Source of the DNA: Desulfobacterales bacterium
Lineage (GTDB): Bacteria > Desulfobacterota > Desulfobacteria > Desulfobacterales > UBA2174
Reading direction: 5' to 3'
DNA: 64,000 bases
NCBI GenBank assembly: GCA_963668645.2
Contig: CAXXWC010000018.1
Span: 544,001-608,000, forward strand
Shown here piece by piece: positions 48,671-59,804 of this stretch. Both the position numbers and the translations under genes were made by a program. The notes under the pieces are model-generated. The model was not told the origin of the DNA and searched no databases. It saw only the letters and a program-made list of their open reading frames with translations. How positions within the stretch are numbered: position 1 is the first letter of the stretch; every line of letters begins with the position of its first letter.

Positions 48671-49021
48671 ATGAGAAAAAAGTCTAAGATTCTCGCTTCG
48701 CTAAAGTTGCGAACGGCTGCAATTATTATATTGGTATTTAGCACGATTCCGCAAGCTGTGGTTGCGGCACCCAAAATAGTAGACGTTGAAGGCGTGAGCT
48801 ACAATGTGAACGCTTCTGTGGCAGATAACTTGAAGTCGTTTATCGGCGCGAATGTGTCGGTGACGACAGATGCCGGAAAGACCTTTTCCGGTTATGTCAA
48901 GGAAGTCGGGATTCATCTGATTCATTTGGAAAAACTGCAAGGGAAAGAGCATTTTGATGCGCTGATCCGTATTGATAATATCAGCGCGATAGAGGCCCGC
49001 TTCAGAGAATACCAGCGCTGA
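48671..49021 (+). CDS. Exported hypothetical protein
   Basis: GGAG RBS, signal peptide, 116 aa. Confidence 0.75.
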   Translation: MRKKSKILASLKLRTAAIIILVFSTIPQAVVAAPKIVDVEGVSYNVNASVADNLKSFIGANVSVTTDAGKTFSGYVKEVGIHLIHLEKLQGKEHFDALIRIDNISAIEARFREYQR

Positions 49022-49183
49022 GAAAGAGGGATGTATTTTGTGTGGCGTATCGCCGTTTGGCGGGCTTCTTGCCAGGTTTAACAGCCCCTGGATAAAAAGC
49101 CGCTTCCTGCCGGACAGCCCGCTACGTGTTTCTACACGGGCTGTCCGGCGCCTGGAAGAGCAAATCCGGCAAAGAGGCGTGGA

Positions 49184-50113
49184 TCAAGCCGCTGCCGGGG
49201 ACTGGACGTGAGCCTGCCACGCCGGGTCATTTTCCAGCAGCCGATCGATCTTGCCGACAAAACAACGGAAGACATCGTCCCTGGCTTGCTGCCATTTGAC
49301 AAAGATGTCTTTGGAGACAAACCCCTCCCGGTGTGCGAGTTCCTGTAGGTGGTGGATCAGCAACGCCCCCTTAACCCCTTGGCTGCATGCCGCGATGCAG
49401 GAGCGGCAGTCAAGGCAGACCCAGAGGGCCGGTGAACGCAGCAGTTCCTCGATTTGCCCCAGATTGGCGAGCCTGAAAATTTTCAGCGGTTCGAAAAAGG
49501 CCGGCTCCTGGCCGACCGGGCATGCGCTGCTGCATTCGCGGCAGGTAAAGCAAGCGGACAGGTCGGTTTTGGGGCCGCCAAATCGGCCCAGCTCCGCTTT
49601 GAGCGCCGCATTTTGTCCAGAATGGCTGCCCAGCCGGATGAGCGGCTTCACGGCATGCGGCAGTGGGGTGAAGCGCCACTCGTCCCAGGATTGGGCAACG
49701 TTTGGTGTCTTTCCCTGCAACACGGCGTTGGCCGCATGCCACAGGATTCGGGGCAGCCAGTCCATGATTTCCCGGCGTTGCTGCAGGAACGTCGGGCCCA
49801 CGATCTGGCGGACCTCGGCCTCGCGGTGGAGATTTCTCAACAACGCGGAGGGCTTTACGAGCATGGGGCAAAGGTTCGAACAGCGGTTGCAGGCGATGCA
49901 GTGCCAGATTTCATTCATCGCCAGCATCGGTTCGTAAAGCCCCAACCGGGCGTGGTAGACGATCTCATTGGGTCGCAGGCGACCGGTTGCCGTGCCCACT
50001 GGGCAAGCCGAGCTGCAAGTGCCGCAGGTGTAGCACCAGCGGCTGTTTTCGGCTTCGTCATAGCGGCTTGCCCGGCTTTTGACCGTGTTGGGGTTCAAAC
50101 TGACAGGGACCAT
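49184..50113 (-). CDS. HdrC-like protein with duplicated 4Fe-4S dicluster domains
   Basis: CYTCGTCSSACP/CIACNRCSNLCP and CFTCRECSSACP/CLDCRSCIAACS. Confidence 0.85.
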   Translation of the reverse strand: MVPVSLNPNTVKSRASRYDEAENSRWCYTCGTCSSACPVGTATGRLRPNEIVYHARLGLYEPMLAMNEIWHCIACNRCSNLCPMLVKPSALLRNLHREAEVRQIVGPTFLQQRREIMDWLPRILWHAANAVLQGKTPNVAQSWDEWRFTPLPHAVKPLIRLGSHSGQNAALKAELGRFGGPKTDLSACFTCRECSSACPVGQEPAFFEPLKIFRLANLGQIEELLRSPALWVCLDCRSCIAACSQGVKGALLIHHLQELAHREGFVSKDIFVKWQQARDDVFRCFVGKIDRLLENDPAWQAHVQSPAAA

Positions 50114-50512
50114 GATTTCCTCTCAAAAAAGCGGCATCTCTGTACCGGTCGGGGTGTAGAAACGGCGGCCTGGGTAAAATTGAAGGCCGGGGTGTAGCAC
50201 AAGGGCGTCGGATATCCCCTTGTTGAAGGGCGATGTGGCCGAAGGGGCATTTGAGGCCATATCGGTGGGTGTACAGCACATCATTCTTCCAGTCAGTCCA
50301 CCATCATTTCAGAAGCAAATTAATGACGAATGCCGCGATGGTCAAGGCGGGCCGGACTGCTTTTCGACCCGTTGAAAATTCGATGCGACGGTAGTGGCAA
50401 CAGCAAAGCGCCGGGCGAAAATGAATCTTTTCAGCGATTCCGTTTTGATGAGGCCAGAGTCTATACTATAGTCGGATCGGTGGTGAACCGGCACGGACAA
50501 GAAAGGAAACCG

Positions 50513-51070
50513 ATGATGGAAATTTCAGAAGCCATTGCGAAACGGAAAAGTATCCGGGCGTACCAGGACCGGGAAGTCGGGGACGAAGATCTGGCCAGGA
50601 TCGTCGAGGCGGGCCGCTGGGCCCCCAATGCGGGACCGTTTCAGCTCACGGTGATCAGAAATCCGGCCCTGCGCCAGCGCATCGATCAAAAGACCTATGA
50701 GGCGATGGCTCAATCAGGCAACGATTTTCTTCAACAGCGCGCGGCGCTTCCGGGCTACCGGCCTCTTTACGGGGCGCCGGTACTGATTTTGCTGTCCACA
50801 CCGCGGCAAGCCCCTTTCGGCGCGCACAATGCCGCGCTGGCGGCCCAGAACATGATCCTGGCCGCCACCGGTCTGGGACTCGGCTCATGCTTTCTGATTT
50901 CCCCAACCATGGCGTTGAACGGAGACGCCAACGCCGAGTTGGCCGCGGCCGCGGGTCTGCCCGGGGACCACGAGGTCCGGTGCGCCATCATCGTGGGCCA
51001 CGCCGCGGCTGAAAACAAGTTCAGCGCTACAGAGCGCATTGCCAAAGGGGTGGTGGTTCATATCGACTGA
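50513..51070 (+). CDS. Nitroreductase family protein
   Basis: KRKSIRAY, WAP, QNMILAATGLGLGSC. Confidence 0.92.
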   Translation: MMEISEAIAKRKSIRAYQDREVGDEDLARIVEAGRWAPNAGPFQLTVIRNPALRQRIDQKTYEAMAQSGNDFLQQRAALPGYRPLYGAPVLILLSTPRQAPFGAHNAALAAQNMILAATGLGLGSCFLISPTMALNGDANAELAAAAGLPGDHEVRCAIIVGHAAAENKFSATERIAKGVVVHID

Positions 51071-51255
51071 CGGGAAAACGGGCGGCGCTTCGGCCTCCCA
51101 TCTGCCCGGGATTTTTTTGCGACGGTCTTTGTGTACTCGGGCAACAGAAAAGCCACCTCAAGAAGGTATTTGCCTTTGAAGCGATGCGTTCAAGTGTAAA
51201 AGGGGAGGCGGTGGCGCGAGAGGGGACGTCTTGTCTTATAGACGGGGCGATACGT

Positions 51256-51708
51256 TTAAGATGAGCCGATTGCGGCGGCCAACAGGTAGCGGTAGCCGTA
51301 GTCGATCACCGGCTCTGACCGCTGATTGGACACCTGGCAGCGGATGGTGGCGAAGCCGCGCTCGGGTTTTGTCCGGGATCGTTTCAAATCGGTCCAGAAA
51401 GCCTCTATGGTCAGCGTATCGCCCGGCCGCACCGGGTTGTGCATCCGGACCTCTTCGAGGCCTACCCCGCTGATGATGGCCACATCCCCTTGGGCTTCGA
51501 CCACGGATCGGGTGCAGGCCGAAAGTACGTGCAGGGAAGAGGCCACGATCCCGCCGAATACGGATCGTGAAGCCGCATCCGGGTCTGTGTGAAACGGCTG
51601 AGGGTCGAACCGGGCTGCAAAGCCGGTGATGTCATCCAGGTGGAAAACGACCGGCCGGCAGTCGAGTCTTTCGCCCTCGGCCAGGTTTTCGAAATACCGT
51701 TTGGCCAT
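51256..51708 (-). CDS. MaoC-family dehydratase
   Basis: FDPQPFHTD..FGGIVAS..PVRPGDTL. Confidence 0.88.
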   Translation of the reverse strand: MAKRYFENLAEGERLDCRPVVFHLDDITGFAARFDPQPFHTDPDAASRSVFGGIVASSLHVLSACTRSVVEAQGDVAIISGVGLEEVRMHNPVRPGDTLTIEAFWTDLKRSRTKPERGFATIRCQVSNQRSEPVIDYGYRYLLAAAIGSS

Positions 51709-51719
51709 ATGCCGTCCAT

Positions 51720-52904
51720 TCATGTCGATCCGGGTGCGGCGCTGCGCAGCGCACCGGTCTCGCGTTTTACCCCGATTGCGATTTTGAGCAGTCCGGTTAG
51801 ACAGAGTCCGCCGATTGCATAAACCCCCAGAGAGATCAGCAGCTCGGCAAGCGTAGGGGTGTATTCGACGACCTCGTGCAAAGGGGTCGGAATAAATCCG
51901 CCGGTCACCAGGCCAAGCCCCTTGTCGATCCAGATACCGGTAAAAACCAGCGCGCAACCGGCTGCCAGTCCGCCGGAACTGTTGCGCACCGCTGGGATCA
52001 GGAGGAGAAATTGAGCCGTGACCATCGAAAGCAGTGATATCCTCATCCATGGCACCAGCGACGATGCGCCGTCAAGCCCCAAGTAGAGATAGACGAAGTG
52101 GTCCATATGCTCCGGGATCTGCGAGTAGGCGACCACGAACACCTCGCAGAGCAGGAAGAAGAGGTTGCCCAAAAGTCCGTAGGTGACGATGACGGCAAGG
52201 GTGCGGATCGCTTTGGTGCCCGGGTCGAATCCGGTCAGCCGTTTCAGCGCCATGCACAAAAGGATGAGAAAGGCCGGACCGGATGCGAAAGCCGAGGCCA
52301 GAAAACGGGGCGCCAGGATCGCGGTGAGCCACAGCCCGCGCCCGGGAAGCCCGCAGTAGAGAAAGGCCGTGACCGTGTGAATGGCAAAGGCCCAGGGGAT
52401 GGAAAGATAGATCAGGGGTTTGACCCAGGCAGGCGGGGCCGTGGCATTGCGCTGGGCTTCCAGCACGTTCCAGCCCACGACCAGGTTCAGGGCCAGGTAT
52501 CCCACCAGCACGTTGCCGTCCCAAAAAATGATCGAGTTGGGGGTGGGGTACAGGAAGATGTTGAGGGCCCGGGCCGGCTGGCCCAGGTCGACAAAAAGGA
52601 AAAGCAGGCACATGCAGATGGCGGCCACGGCCACGAACTCACCGATGATCGTGATGCGACCGAAGGTCCGGTAGTCGTGAAGGTAGTAAGGGAGCACCAG
52701 CATGACGGCCGAGGCGGCCACGCCGACCAGAAACGTCAACTGCGCCACGTAAAATCCCCACGATACGTCCCGTGACAGGCCGGTGAGTCCCAGGCCGAAT
52801 TCAAGCTGCCGCAGCCACAGGACGGCTCCAACGGTTGCCAACGCTGCCAGAAGACCGAGCCACGCCCAGTATCGCCGGGATCCGCGCAGGACCAGTTCCA
52901 GCAT
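51720..52904 (-). CDS. dsrP: DsrP/NrfD-family membrane protein
   Basis: GLSRDVSWGFY, VDLGQP, IHTVTAFLY, APRFLASAFASGP, WIDKGLG. Confidence 0.85.
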   Translation of the reverse strand: MLELVLRGSRRYWAWLGLLAALATVGAVLWLRQLEFGLGLTGLSRDVSWGFYVAQLTFLVGVAASAVMLVLPYYLHDYRTFGRITIIGEFVAVAAICMCLLFLFVDLGQPARALNIFLYPTPNSIIFWDGNVLVGYLALNLVVGWNVLEAQRNATAPPAWVKPLIYLSIPWAFAIHTVTAFLYCGLPGRGLWLTAILAPRFLASAFASGPAFLILLCMALKRLTGFDPGTKAIRTLAVIVTYGLLGNLFFLLCEVFVVAYSQIPEHMDHFVYLYLGLDGASSLVPWMRISLLSMVTAQFLLLIPAVRNSSGGLAAGCALVFTGIWIDKGLGLVTGGFIPTPLHEVVEYTPTLAELLISLGVYAIGGLCLTGLLKIAIGVKRETGALRSAAPGST

Positions 52905-53004
52905 GATCTCCTCCCCCAGTTGCACAGGTTTGCCGTTCATCGGCCGGAGTAAAAAAGCCGGCCGCAATGGACGGGGAGGTTACCGGTGGAGACTTAATCC
53001 TGAA

Positions 53005-56000
53005 TTAATCGTTGCCGAAGCCGCTCGATGGAGGATTGAAATGGGCGATCTTGTCTGCAGGCATTCCGGTCAGCAGGCCAAAAAGGGCTTCGGTATCCTT
53101 GCCCGGGGTGCTGTCCATCCCGGCGGCCAGGCCGAGGCGGCATTGCTGCATGGTTTCCACGATGCGGGAGATCTGTCCGAGATGGAAGAAAAACTTCATC
53201 AAGGCGCGGTAAACGGGCTCGGCGCATTTGTCGATGGCCAGGTATCTTTCCGCGCAGGCGGCGGCCTGCTCCCACTGCTGCGCATCGGCACACAGGGTCA
53301 TGATCCGCTCCAGCGCTTGCAGGCATCGGCTGCGCAGATAGCGCCTCGGCTCCACGAAGGCCTCGTCGAACATGTCCTCGGCAAAAAGCGGACCTGAATA
53401 GATCGCATCGGCTTGCTGGTAAAAGGACAATGCCCTTGCGGCGTCCTCGGCTTCGATGCGCCGGGCCGTTTCCAGGCGGGCCAAAAAGGTTCGAAAATCG
53501 ATCGATCCGGCCGGTCCGGTTTCCAGGCGGTACCCGCTGTTTTGGCGCACAATGAAGGAAGACGGCATGCCGCGCTTCAGATCAGGCTCCAGCAGGCGGC
53601 GCAAAGCGTTGAGGGCCACATGGAAGCGCTGGTGGGTCCTGGAGGGGGGCTGCTCGGGCCAGAGGCGCTCCACGAGAACGTCTTTGGCAATAAAACCCTT
53701 CTCGATGGCCAGATACTGAAAGATTTTGCGGGCCGCTGTGCTGCGCCACCGGTTGGCGGCAAGCACCCGGTGCCCGACGGCAACCTCGAAGCCGCCCATG
53801 CAGCGTACGTGCAAGGACTGGTCCGTTGCGGGAATGGCCGCCAAAAGTTCCCGGCCCGCTTTCCGGATTCCGGCCTTGGCATGGCCCCGGCTGGTCAGCA
53901 GTTGATCCCTTGTGCGGGTTCCGTATTCTCGAAACCACCGGTCGATGAAGGCGCGCGACCGGCCGCGGGCGTGGCAATGCAGCAGAACGGAAACCGCCCA
54001 CGGTGCTTCTTCTGCCAGCCAAGGTCCATATCCGTACGTTTCGGCCAGGGACAAGGCCTCTTGCATCGTTGCGCCAGCCTCGGTCTCGTTTCCCTGTATG
54101 GTCCGGAGCCGTGACGCCAGCAGCAAGCACCCGAAGTGGTGAAATGTGCTGGCGGCGGTTGGCCCGCAACAGTCGTCCAGAACGGCCCGGGCCTGCTCGA
54201 CGGCGCCGGTGTCCAGCAGCAGTTCCACTTTTCTCAGCACGAGGGCCTGGCGGGTCACTTTCAGATTCAGCCCCTCGATGAGTTGCAGCCCTCTGTGCAT
54301 GCAATCGGCAGCCTCGTCGAGCCTGCCGCCGTGGCGATGGATCATGCTCAACGCCTCGTATACAGAAGCCTGCCCCCACCGATTGGCATGACTGCCGAAG
54401 ATCGCCAGGGCATCCGAGGCATCCATCAGCGCCTGCTCGATTTGGCCCAGTTTCGACGCGTTGAGGCATCGTGCGAGTCTGAGCCAGGCGTACTGGTGGT
54501 CGTAGATGCCCACTTTGTCTGCCATGGCCAGCCCCGCTTCGGCAAAATCGAGCCCTTCGCGATGCCGGGCGGTGTAATAGGCGCTCATGGCCGACTGGAA
54601 ATTGGCCAAAGGCAAAAACGCTTGCATCCCGATGGCCTCGAATCGCTCGAGGGTCCTGGCATCGAGGGCCGCGGCGCGGTTGAAATCGCCGCTGTTGAGC
54701 AGCCGGTTGCTGTAGCATAGATCCAGCCAAGAGCCGACCAGGGGGCCGAGGGTTGGATGGCAGCGTCCCACCGGGTCGTCAAAGCCGGTGTAGAGCCGGT
54801 CGGCTTCGTTGAACGCTCCTGAAATGGCAGCGAAAAGGATCAAGTAGCCGTTGATTTCCGCGGCAAAAAACGGATCGTCATGGCGAAAGGTCTGCAAGGC
54901 CTTCAACCCGTCCTGCGCGCGCACGATGTCCCCGGTCAGATAGTGATGAAAGGCCAGGTCTTTGAGGCAGGCTGCGGTACCGGCCTGGTTGCCCTGGGTC
55001 CGGAACTGCTCCAGGGCGGCCTTGAATCCATCGATGGCGCCTTGCACATCTCCGCTTATCGAGTCCAGTTTGGCTCGCAAATGCAAAAGACCGGCCCTGC
55101 CCGCCATCCGTTCACAGGGGATTCGGGCAATGGTGCGGGCCAAAAAGGGGAGCGGAAAGCGCACCAGGTCATTGAGGGTCAAGGCGGAGAGCAGCCGGCA
55201 GACGGAATCGAAGTCCGAGGCCTGCATATAGTGGCCGACAGCCGATTGGATGTCACCTCGGTCCTCGAAGCCCTTGGCGATATCCAGGTGCAGTCGTCGA
55301 ATCTCACTTCCGTCCACTGTCCGCCCGAGCCGATCGAGAAGAAAATCCCTCAGCAACTGATGGTAATAGTATCCATGGGCCTTGCCGGCGCAGCGAAAGG
55401 TGAGCAGATGGTCGCGGCACAGGGTTTCCAGAATCCGGGTTGTATTGCTGGTGCCGAATACGCATTCGCAGAAGGCGGGGTCGATCTGTTCCAGCAGGCT
55501 GGATTTGAGCATGAAAAGTCGATGGATCTCGGGCAGGTTGGCAAAAATGTTCTCTTCCAGGTACTGGAAAACGTGCCGGTTGGAATGGTTGTGAAACCGG
55601 CGGGCAGGCGATACCGTCTCATGCGGACGGTTTTCCAGGGTGCCGAGCATCAGGACGAGTCCGGCGATCCAGCCTTCGGTTTGCGCCAGAAGCTGCCGCG
55701 AGGTGATCCGGCCGGCGCTGGCAGGGAAAATCTGTGAGCGGAGTCCTTCGATTTCGTCGATGCTGAAGGTCAGCAGCGCCTCGTTGATCTCGATGACCTC
55801 CATCATCGCCCTGAGACGGGAGAGCTTGAGAACGGGCTCGGTCCTTGCGATCAGAATCCAATGGAGCCGGGGCGGGCTCAACGACAACAGGGTTTCCACG
55901 GCATGGCGAATTTCGGCGCTGTCCTGCACGTGATGAAAATCGTCCAAAACGATGAACAGGTCTTCAGTCCGATCCGTCTGGAGCGCGCCGATCACCCTTT

Positions 56001-56346
56001 TCAGCAGCAGGTCTTGGCGCTTCGGAGACGTTGCCCCGGCTTCGATTCCGCGGCGGATGTTTTGGCTGCCGGAAACAAGCGGTTCGAGGGCGGCGACAAG
56101 GTATCGAATGAAAACGGAAAAATCACGATCCGTCTCATCGAGACGGTACCATGCGGTTCTGGCGTCCATTTCGCAAAGACTTTGGCACGCAAGAACTGTC
56201 TTGCCGTACCCGGCACCGGCCACCAGCAGTGCCAGCCGGCGTGACCGTATCTGGCTGAAAATGGCGTCCAGCCGGGGCCGCAAAAGCAGGCCGGCAACCC
56301 TGGGCGGGTTGATTTTGGATTGCATTAGGGGAGGATGGCGTTCCAT
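53005..56346 (-). CDS. MalT-like STAND ATPase regulator with TPR and BTAD domains
   Basis: AGAGYGKT, VLDDFH, TEGWIAG; C-terminal wHTH/BTAD. Confidence 0.9.
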   Translation of the reverse strand: MERHPPLMQSKINPPRVAGLLLRPRLDAIFSQIRSRRLALLVAGAGYGKTVLACQSLCEMDARTAWYRLDETDRDFSVFIRYLVAALEPLVSGSQNIRRGIEAGATSPKRQDLLLKRVIGALQTDRTEDLFIVLDDFHHVQDSAEIRHAVETLLSLSPPRLHWILIARTEPVLKLSRLRAMMEVIEINEALLTFSIDEIEGLRSQIFPASAGRITSRQLLAQTEGWIAGLVLMLGTLENRPHETVSPARRFHNHSNRHVFQYLEENIFANLPEIHRLFMLKSSLLEQIDPAFCECVFGTSNTTRILETLCRDHLLTFRCAGKAHGYYYHQLLRDFLLDRLGRTVDGSEIRRLHLDIAKGFEDRGDIQSAVGHYMQASDFDSVCRLLSALTLNDLVRFPLPFLARTIARIPCERMAGRAGLLHLRAKLDSISGDVQGAIDGFKAALEQFRTQGNQAGTAACLKDLAFHHYLTGDIVRAQDGLKALQTFRHDDPFFAAEINGYLILFAAISGAFNEADRLYTGFDDPVGRCHPTLGPLVGSWLDLCYSNRLLNSGDFNRAAALDARTLERFEAIGMQAFLPLANFQSAMSAYYTARHREGLDFAEAGLAMADKVGIYDHQYAWLRLARCLNASKLGQIEQALMDASDALAIFGSHANRWGQASVYEALSMIHRHGGRLDEAADCMHRGLQLIEGLNLKVTRQALVLRKVELLLDTGAVEQARAVLDDCCGPTAASTFHHFGCLLLASRLRTIQGNETEAGATMQEALSLAETYGYGPWLAEEAPWAVSVLLHCHARGRSRAFIDRWFREYGTRTRDQLLTSRGHAKAGIRKAGRELLAAIPATDQSLHVRCMGGFEVAVGHRVLAANRWRSTAARKIFQYLAIEKGFIAKDVLVERLWPEQPPSRTHQRFHVALNALRRLLEPDLKRGMPSSFIVRQNSGYRLETGPAGSIDFRTFLARLETARRIEAEDAARALSFYQQADAIYSGPLFAEDMFDEAFVEPRRYLRSRCLQALERIMTLCADAQQWEQAAACAERYLAIDKCAEPVYRALMKFFFHLGQISRIVETMQQCRLGLAAGMDSTPGKDTEALFGLLTGMPADKIAHFNPPSSGFGND

Positions 56347-56765
56347 GAGCGCTGTTTCGGTATTCAAAAAGCCCGCCGTAATAGCTGATCCGGAGTCAAG
56401 CAAAGGAAATTGATACCGAGCGGCTTAAAATGTCAATTGATTTCCGATGCCAAACCCAAAGACGCTGATGGGTGCGGCCCGGTTCGAAACGGGAAATTCC
56501 GTGGCCTGAACTCAGGCGGTAAGTCCACTCTTGGCAGGCGGTCTCTCCATGGATAAGGTAGGCAGCGCGACACCGGTGATTTGCAAATTGACCTGCCAGG
56601 ATCGATTTGATACTTTTTCCCCAAACGGCCAAGATCCCGAGCGCCATAAACGGCGAGCCGGATGCCCGTCACCCCGTATGACAGGCAAGACTCTTTCAGG
56701 GCAAAGAGTTTTTACGATGAGGCCGCTTCGAAACTCCCTTCAAGCAATTTGCCGGTGAGAACGAT

Positions 56766-57572
56766 ATGGCCAATCCGATAGAGCGCAATGATGTCGTGAT
56801 CGGGTCCTGGTCGGAGCTTTGCGAGAGACTGTATGATGGCTCCTGGCAGGACGATATTAAAAGATTCAGATCCAACTTTGCTTTTCGCGGGCTGGCGGAC
56901 AAGACATATAGCCTGGTCAACAGCTTCAAAAGAAACTGTGGCGATAAACCCGGACTGGAATACCATCTTCTGCGAAACTTCAGGAAATACTCTCAACTCG
57001 GAGATCTCGATCTGACTTACTCCGACTGGAGATGGATGACCCTGGCGCAACACCATGGACTTCCGACAAGATTGCTCGATTGGACATACTCGCCTTTCGT
57101 TGCCGTACATTTTGCAACGAGCCAGACGAATAAATACCACTTGGACGGTGTGATATGGGCGGTTGATTTCGTAAAGGTAAACCGATTGCTGCCAGCACCG
57201 TTGTTGAATCATCTCAATGATGCCGGTGCCAATGCCTTTACGGTCGGAATGTTAGAGAAAGCCGTTTCGGATGTAAGACAATTCGACAGGTTATCACCAG
57301 GGGAACTGGTCGTCTACTTCGAGCCGCCATCATTGGATGCCAGAATCGTGAACCAGTTCGCCTTGTTTTCAGTGATGTCGAGCCCAACGGCCGATTTGGA
57401 CGGATGGCTTGTCCGGCATCCGGACCTGTTCCGGCGTATCATTATTCCGAAAGAGCTGAAGTGGGAAATCAGGGACAAGCTCGATCAGGCAAATATCACG
57501 GAGAGGATGCTGTTTCCCGGACTGGATGGACTGGCCTCATGGCTTCAACGGCACTATCAGCCAAGGATGTGA
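56766..57572 (+). CDS. FRG domain protein
   Basis: AFRG, AQHHGLPTRLLDWT. Confidence 0.92.
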   Translation: MANPIERNDVVIGSWSELCERLYDGSWQDDIKRFRSNFAFRGLADKTYSLVNSFKRNCGDKPGLEYHLLRNFRKYSQLGDLDLTYSDWRWMTLAQHHGLPTRLLDWTYSPFVAVHFATSQTNKYHLDGVIWAVDFVKVNRLLPAPLLNHLNDAGANAFTVGMLEKAVSDVRQFDRLSPGELVVYFEPPSLDARIVNQFALFSVMSSPTADLDGWLVRHPDLFRRIIIPKELKWEIRDKLDQANITERMLFPGLDGLASWLQRHYQPRM

Positions 57573-57647
57573 GGCGCTGCCTTTAACGGGACAACAGGCC
57601 GTTTAAAAGAGCCAAGTCCGAGTTAAGGCGCATCCACAGGAACAACG

Positions 57648-59396
57648 ATGGAACTATTGAAATTCTTAATATTGAAATTTTTGATCATCGCTGCGGTGTT
57701 GGCAGCTGTTCAAGCTGACGCCGCTGACGATATCGATGCCCTTTCCCATGGAAAAATCAAGCGGGTATTAATCCTGAATTCAACCGACCCTGGCATGCCA
57801 TGGCAGTCAATTTTTGATGAAGCAATACATAAAAAGTTGGCCAGCGTACCGGGTATGGAGATTGAAATTTTTACTGAATTCACCGGGATCGAGGCTAATT
57901 ACACTCTGGACTATATGCGGCTTTTGCATGGCATCTTGAAGTATAAATATGAAAAGATAGCGATCGATTTGATTGTCGCATCGGCGGATCCTGTGATAGA
58001 TTTTATGATTCTTTATGGAGAAAATCAATTTTCAAATATACCGATTCTGTTTGTCGCAGAGAAAGAAAAATTTCAACAAATCAGATTGCAGTCCAATATG
58101 ACCGGTGTTTTTGAAACAGTGGAAATAGAGGATACACTGAAGTTGGCTCTCAAATTACATCCCAAGACAAAAAATATTTTTGTCGTTTCGGGTGCTAGCG
58201 AATACGATATCTTTTATGAGAACAAGGCGCGTAAAGTTTTTAAAAATTATGGCAATGATTTTAATTTTATCTATTTGAGCGGCCTGCCGATGGATGAGCT
58301 TCTTGAGAAATTGAGGCGAGTTCCGAAGTATACGATTCTGTTTTTTATGTTGATGACCCAAGATGGAGACGGGAGGCGTTTGATTCCCAAAAATGTTGTT
58401 ACACAAATCAGGGAAGCGTCCAATTGTCCGGTATATGGCCTTTGGGATACCTTTCTAGGCAGTGGAATAGTCGGTGGAAATCTTTCAAGTGCCGAGGTTG
58501 CAGGAGACAAGATCGCTGAAATGGGATTGCGAATCCTGAATGGAGACAGTCCCGGGGAAGTACCGGTCGTAAAGGGATCTTTCAGATACATGTTTGATTG
58601 GAGGGAATTGGAAAGATGGGGAATCAAAGAAAGTCATTTGCCGGCGGACAGTATCATTCGATTCAGAAAGGTGTCTTTTTGGGAGGCGTATAAGTGGTAT
58701 TTTATATTATACCTGCTTGTGGTAGCCGCGTGTGGATTGGGATACTTGCGCTACAGGACCCGATCGTTTGAAAAGGAACTGAAAAAGCAAGAGGATATCA
58801 AAAAAACACTCGAAGAAAAAGTAAAAGAACGGACGGCCGATTTGGAAAAGGCAAACACAAAACTAGAGCGTCTTTCCAATGTTGACGGGTTAACCTCTCT
58901 TTTTAATCGTCGCTATTTCGATAGCGTTTTAGCAAAAGAATGGAAGCGTCACAGCCGCAATAACCTGCCGTTGTCTCTCATAATGTGCGATATTGATTAT
59001 TTCAAGAAATTCAACGACACTTACGGCCATCAAGCAGGCGATGATTGTTTGAAGATGGTCGCCAAAGCCATCAAAATGGAGGTTAAGCGTCCTTCTGATA
59101 TCGCTGCGAGATATGGAGGTGAAGAATTTGTACTACTCTTGCCGGATACAGAATCGAATGGTGCCCTGGTCATTGCGGATCATATTGGAGGCGCTGTTGA
59201 AAATCTCAATATAAGGCACTCCGCTTCGTTGATAAAATCAATCGTATCATTAAGTTTTGGTGTCGCGACAATTAATCCGGACCCAACTCATGATTCATCC
59301 GATCTCATCCTTGCGGCAGACAAGGCGCTATATTTAAGCAAAAATAGTGGAAGGGATAGGATAACAGTGTTTGGAGGAAAGAAGCAAAATGGATAA
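57648..59396 (+). CDS. Diguanylate cyclase with periplasmic substrate-binding-like sensor
   Basis: TM helix, DGLTSLFNRR, RYGGEEF. Confidence 0.93.
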   Translation: MELLKFLILKFLIIAAVLAAVQADAADDIDALSHGKIKRVLILNSTDPGMPWQSIFDEAIHKKLASVPGMEIEIFTEFTGIEANYTLDYMRLLHGILKYKYEKIAIDLIVASADPVIDFMILYGENQFSNIPILFVAEKEKFQQIRLQSNMTGVFETVEIEDTLKLALKLHPKTKNIFVVSGASEYDIFYENKARKVFKNYGNDFNFIYLSGLPMDELLEKLRRVPKYTILFFMLMTQDGDGRRLIPKNVVTQIREASNCPVYGLWDTFLGSGIVGGNLSSAEVAGDKIAEMGLRILNGDSPGEVPVVKGSFRYMFDWRELERWGIKESHLPADSIIRFRKVSFWEAYKWYFILYLLVVAACGLGYLRYRTRSFEKELKKQEDIKKTLEEKVKERTADLEKANTKLERLSNVDGLTSLFNRRYFDSVLAKEWKRHSRNNLPLSLIMCDIDYFKKFNDTYGHQAGDDCLKMVAKAIKMEVKRPSDIAARYGGEEFVLLLPDTESNGALVIADHIGGAVENLNIRHSASLIKSIVSLSFGVATINPDPTHDSSDLILAADKALYLSKNSGRDRITVFGGKKQNG

Positions 59397-59741
59397 AAAG
59401 GCCAAGACAAGGGAATATAAAAATACGCCCCACCCTATGGGTGTTTTCAGGTAAGAAACAAGATTAACGGCAAAATTCTTATCGGATCAAGCAACAATTT
59501 GCCGGCAATCTTTAACCGCATAAAATTCCAGCTAAGAATGGGTAGTTACCACAATCCTATACTGCAGCAAGAATGGCTTTAGTATGGCCCGGAGGCTTTT
59601 GAATTTGAAGAACTGGAAATCTTGGAGCCATTGAATGACCACGGCTATAGCCCTTATGATGATCTTCGTTTTCTTGCGGAACTGTGGAAAGAAAAATTGA
59701 AACCATATGGAGAGGACTGATATAATCCAAGAAAACCATAA
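59389..59741 (+). pseudogene. GIY-YIG family protein with a frameshift and two in-frame stops
   Basis: MGVF/QVRNKINGKILIGSS..LQQEWL*YGPEAFEFE; absent from the ORF track. Confidence 0.7.
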
Positions 59742-59804
59742 ACTTTCGAATTTTTTTCATTGGAAGTTGGTCGCGATACGCTCAACACGAAGGGGAGGAG
59801 TATC

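Noticed and set aside
59389..59741. Pyrrolysine/selenocysteine recoding of the in-frame TAG/TGA (also the TAG near 21668)
   Set aside because: The stops come with frameshifts or truncation, which fits pseudogenes better.
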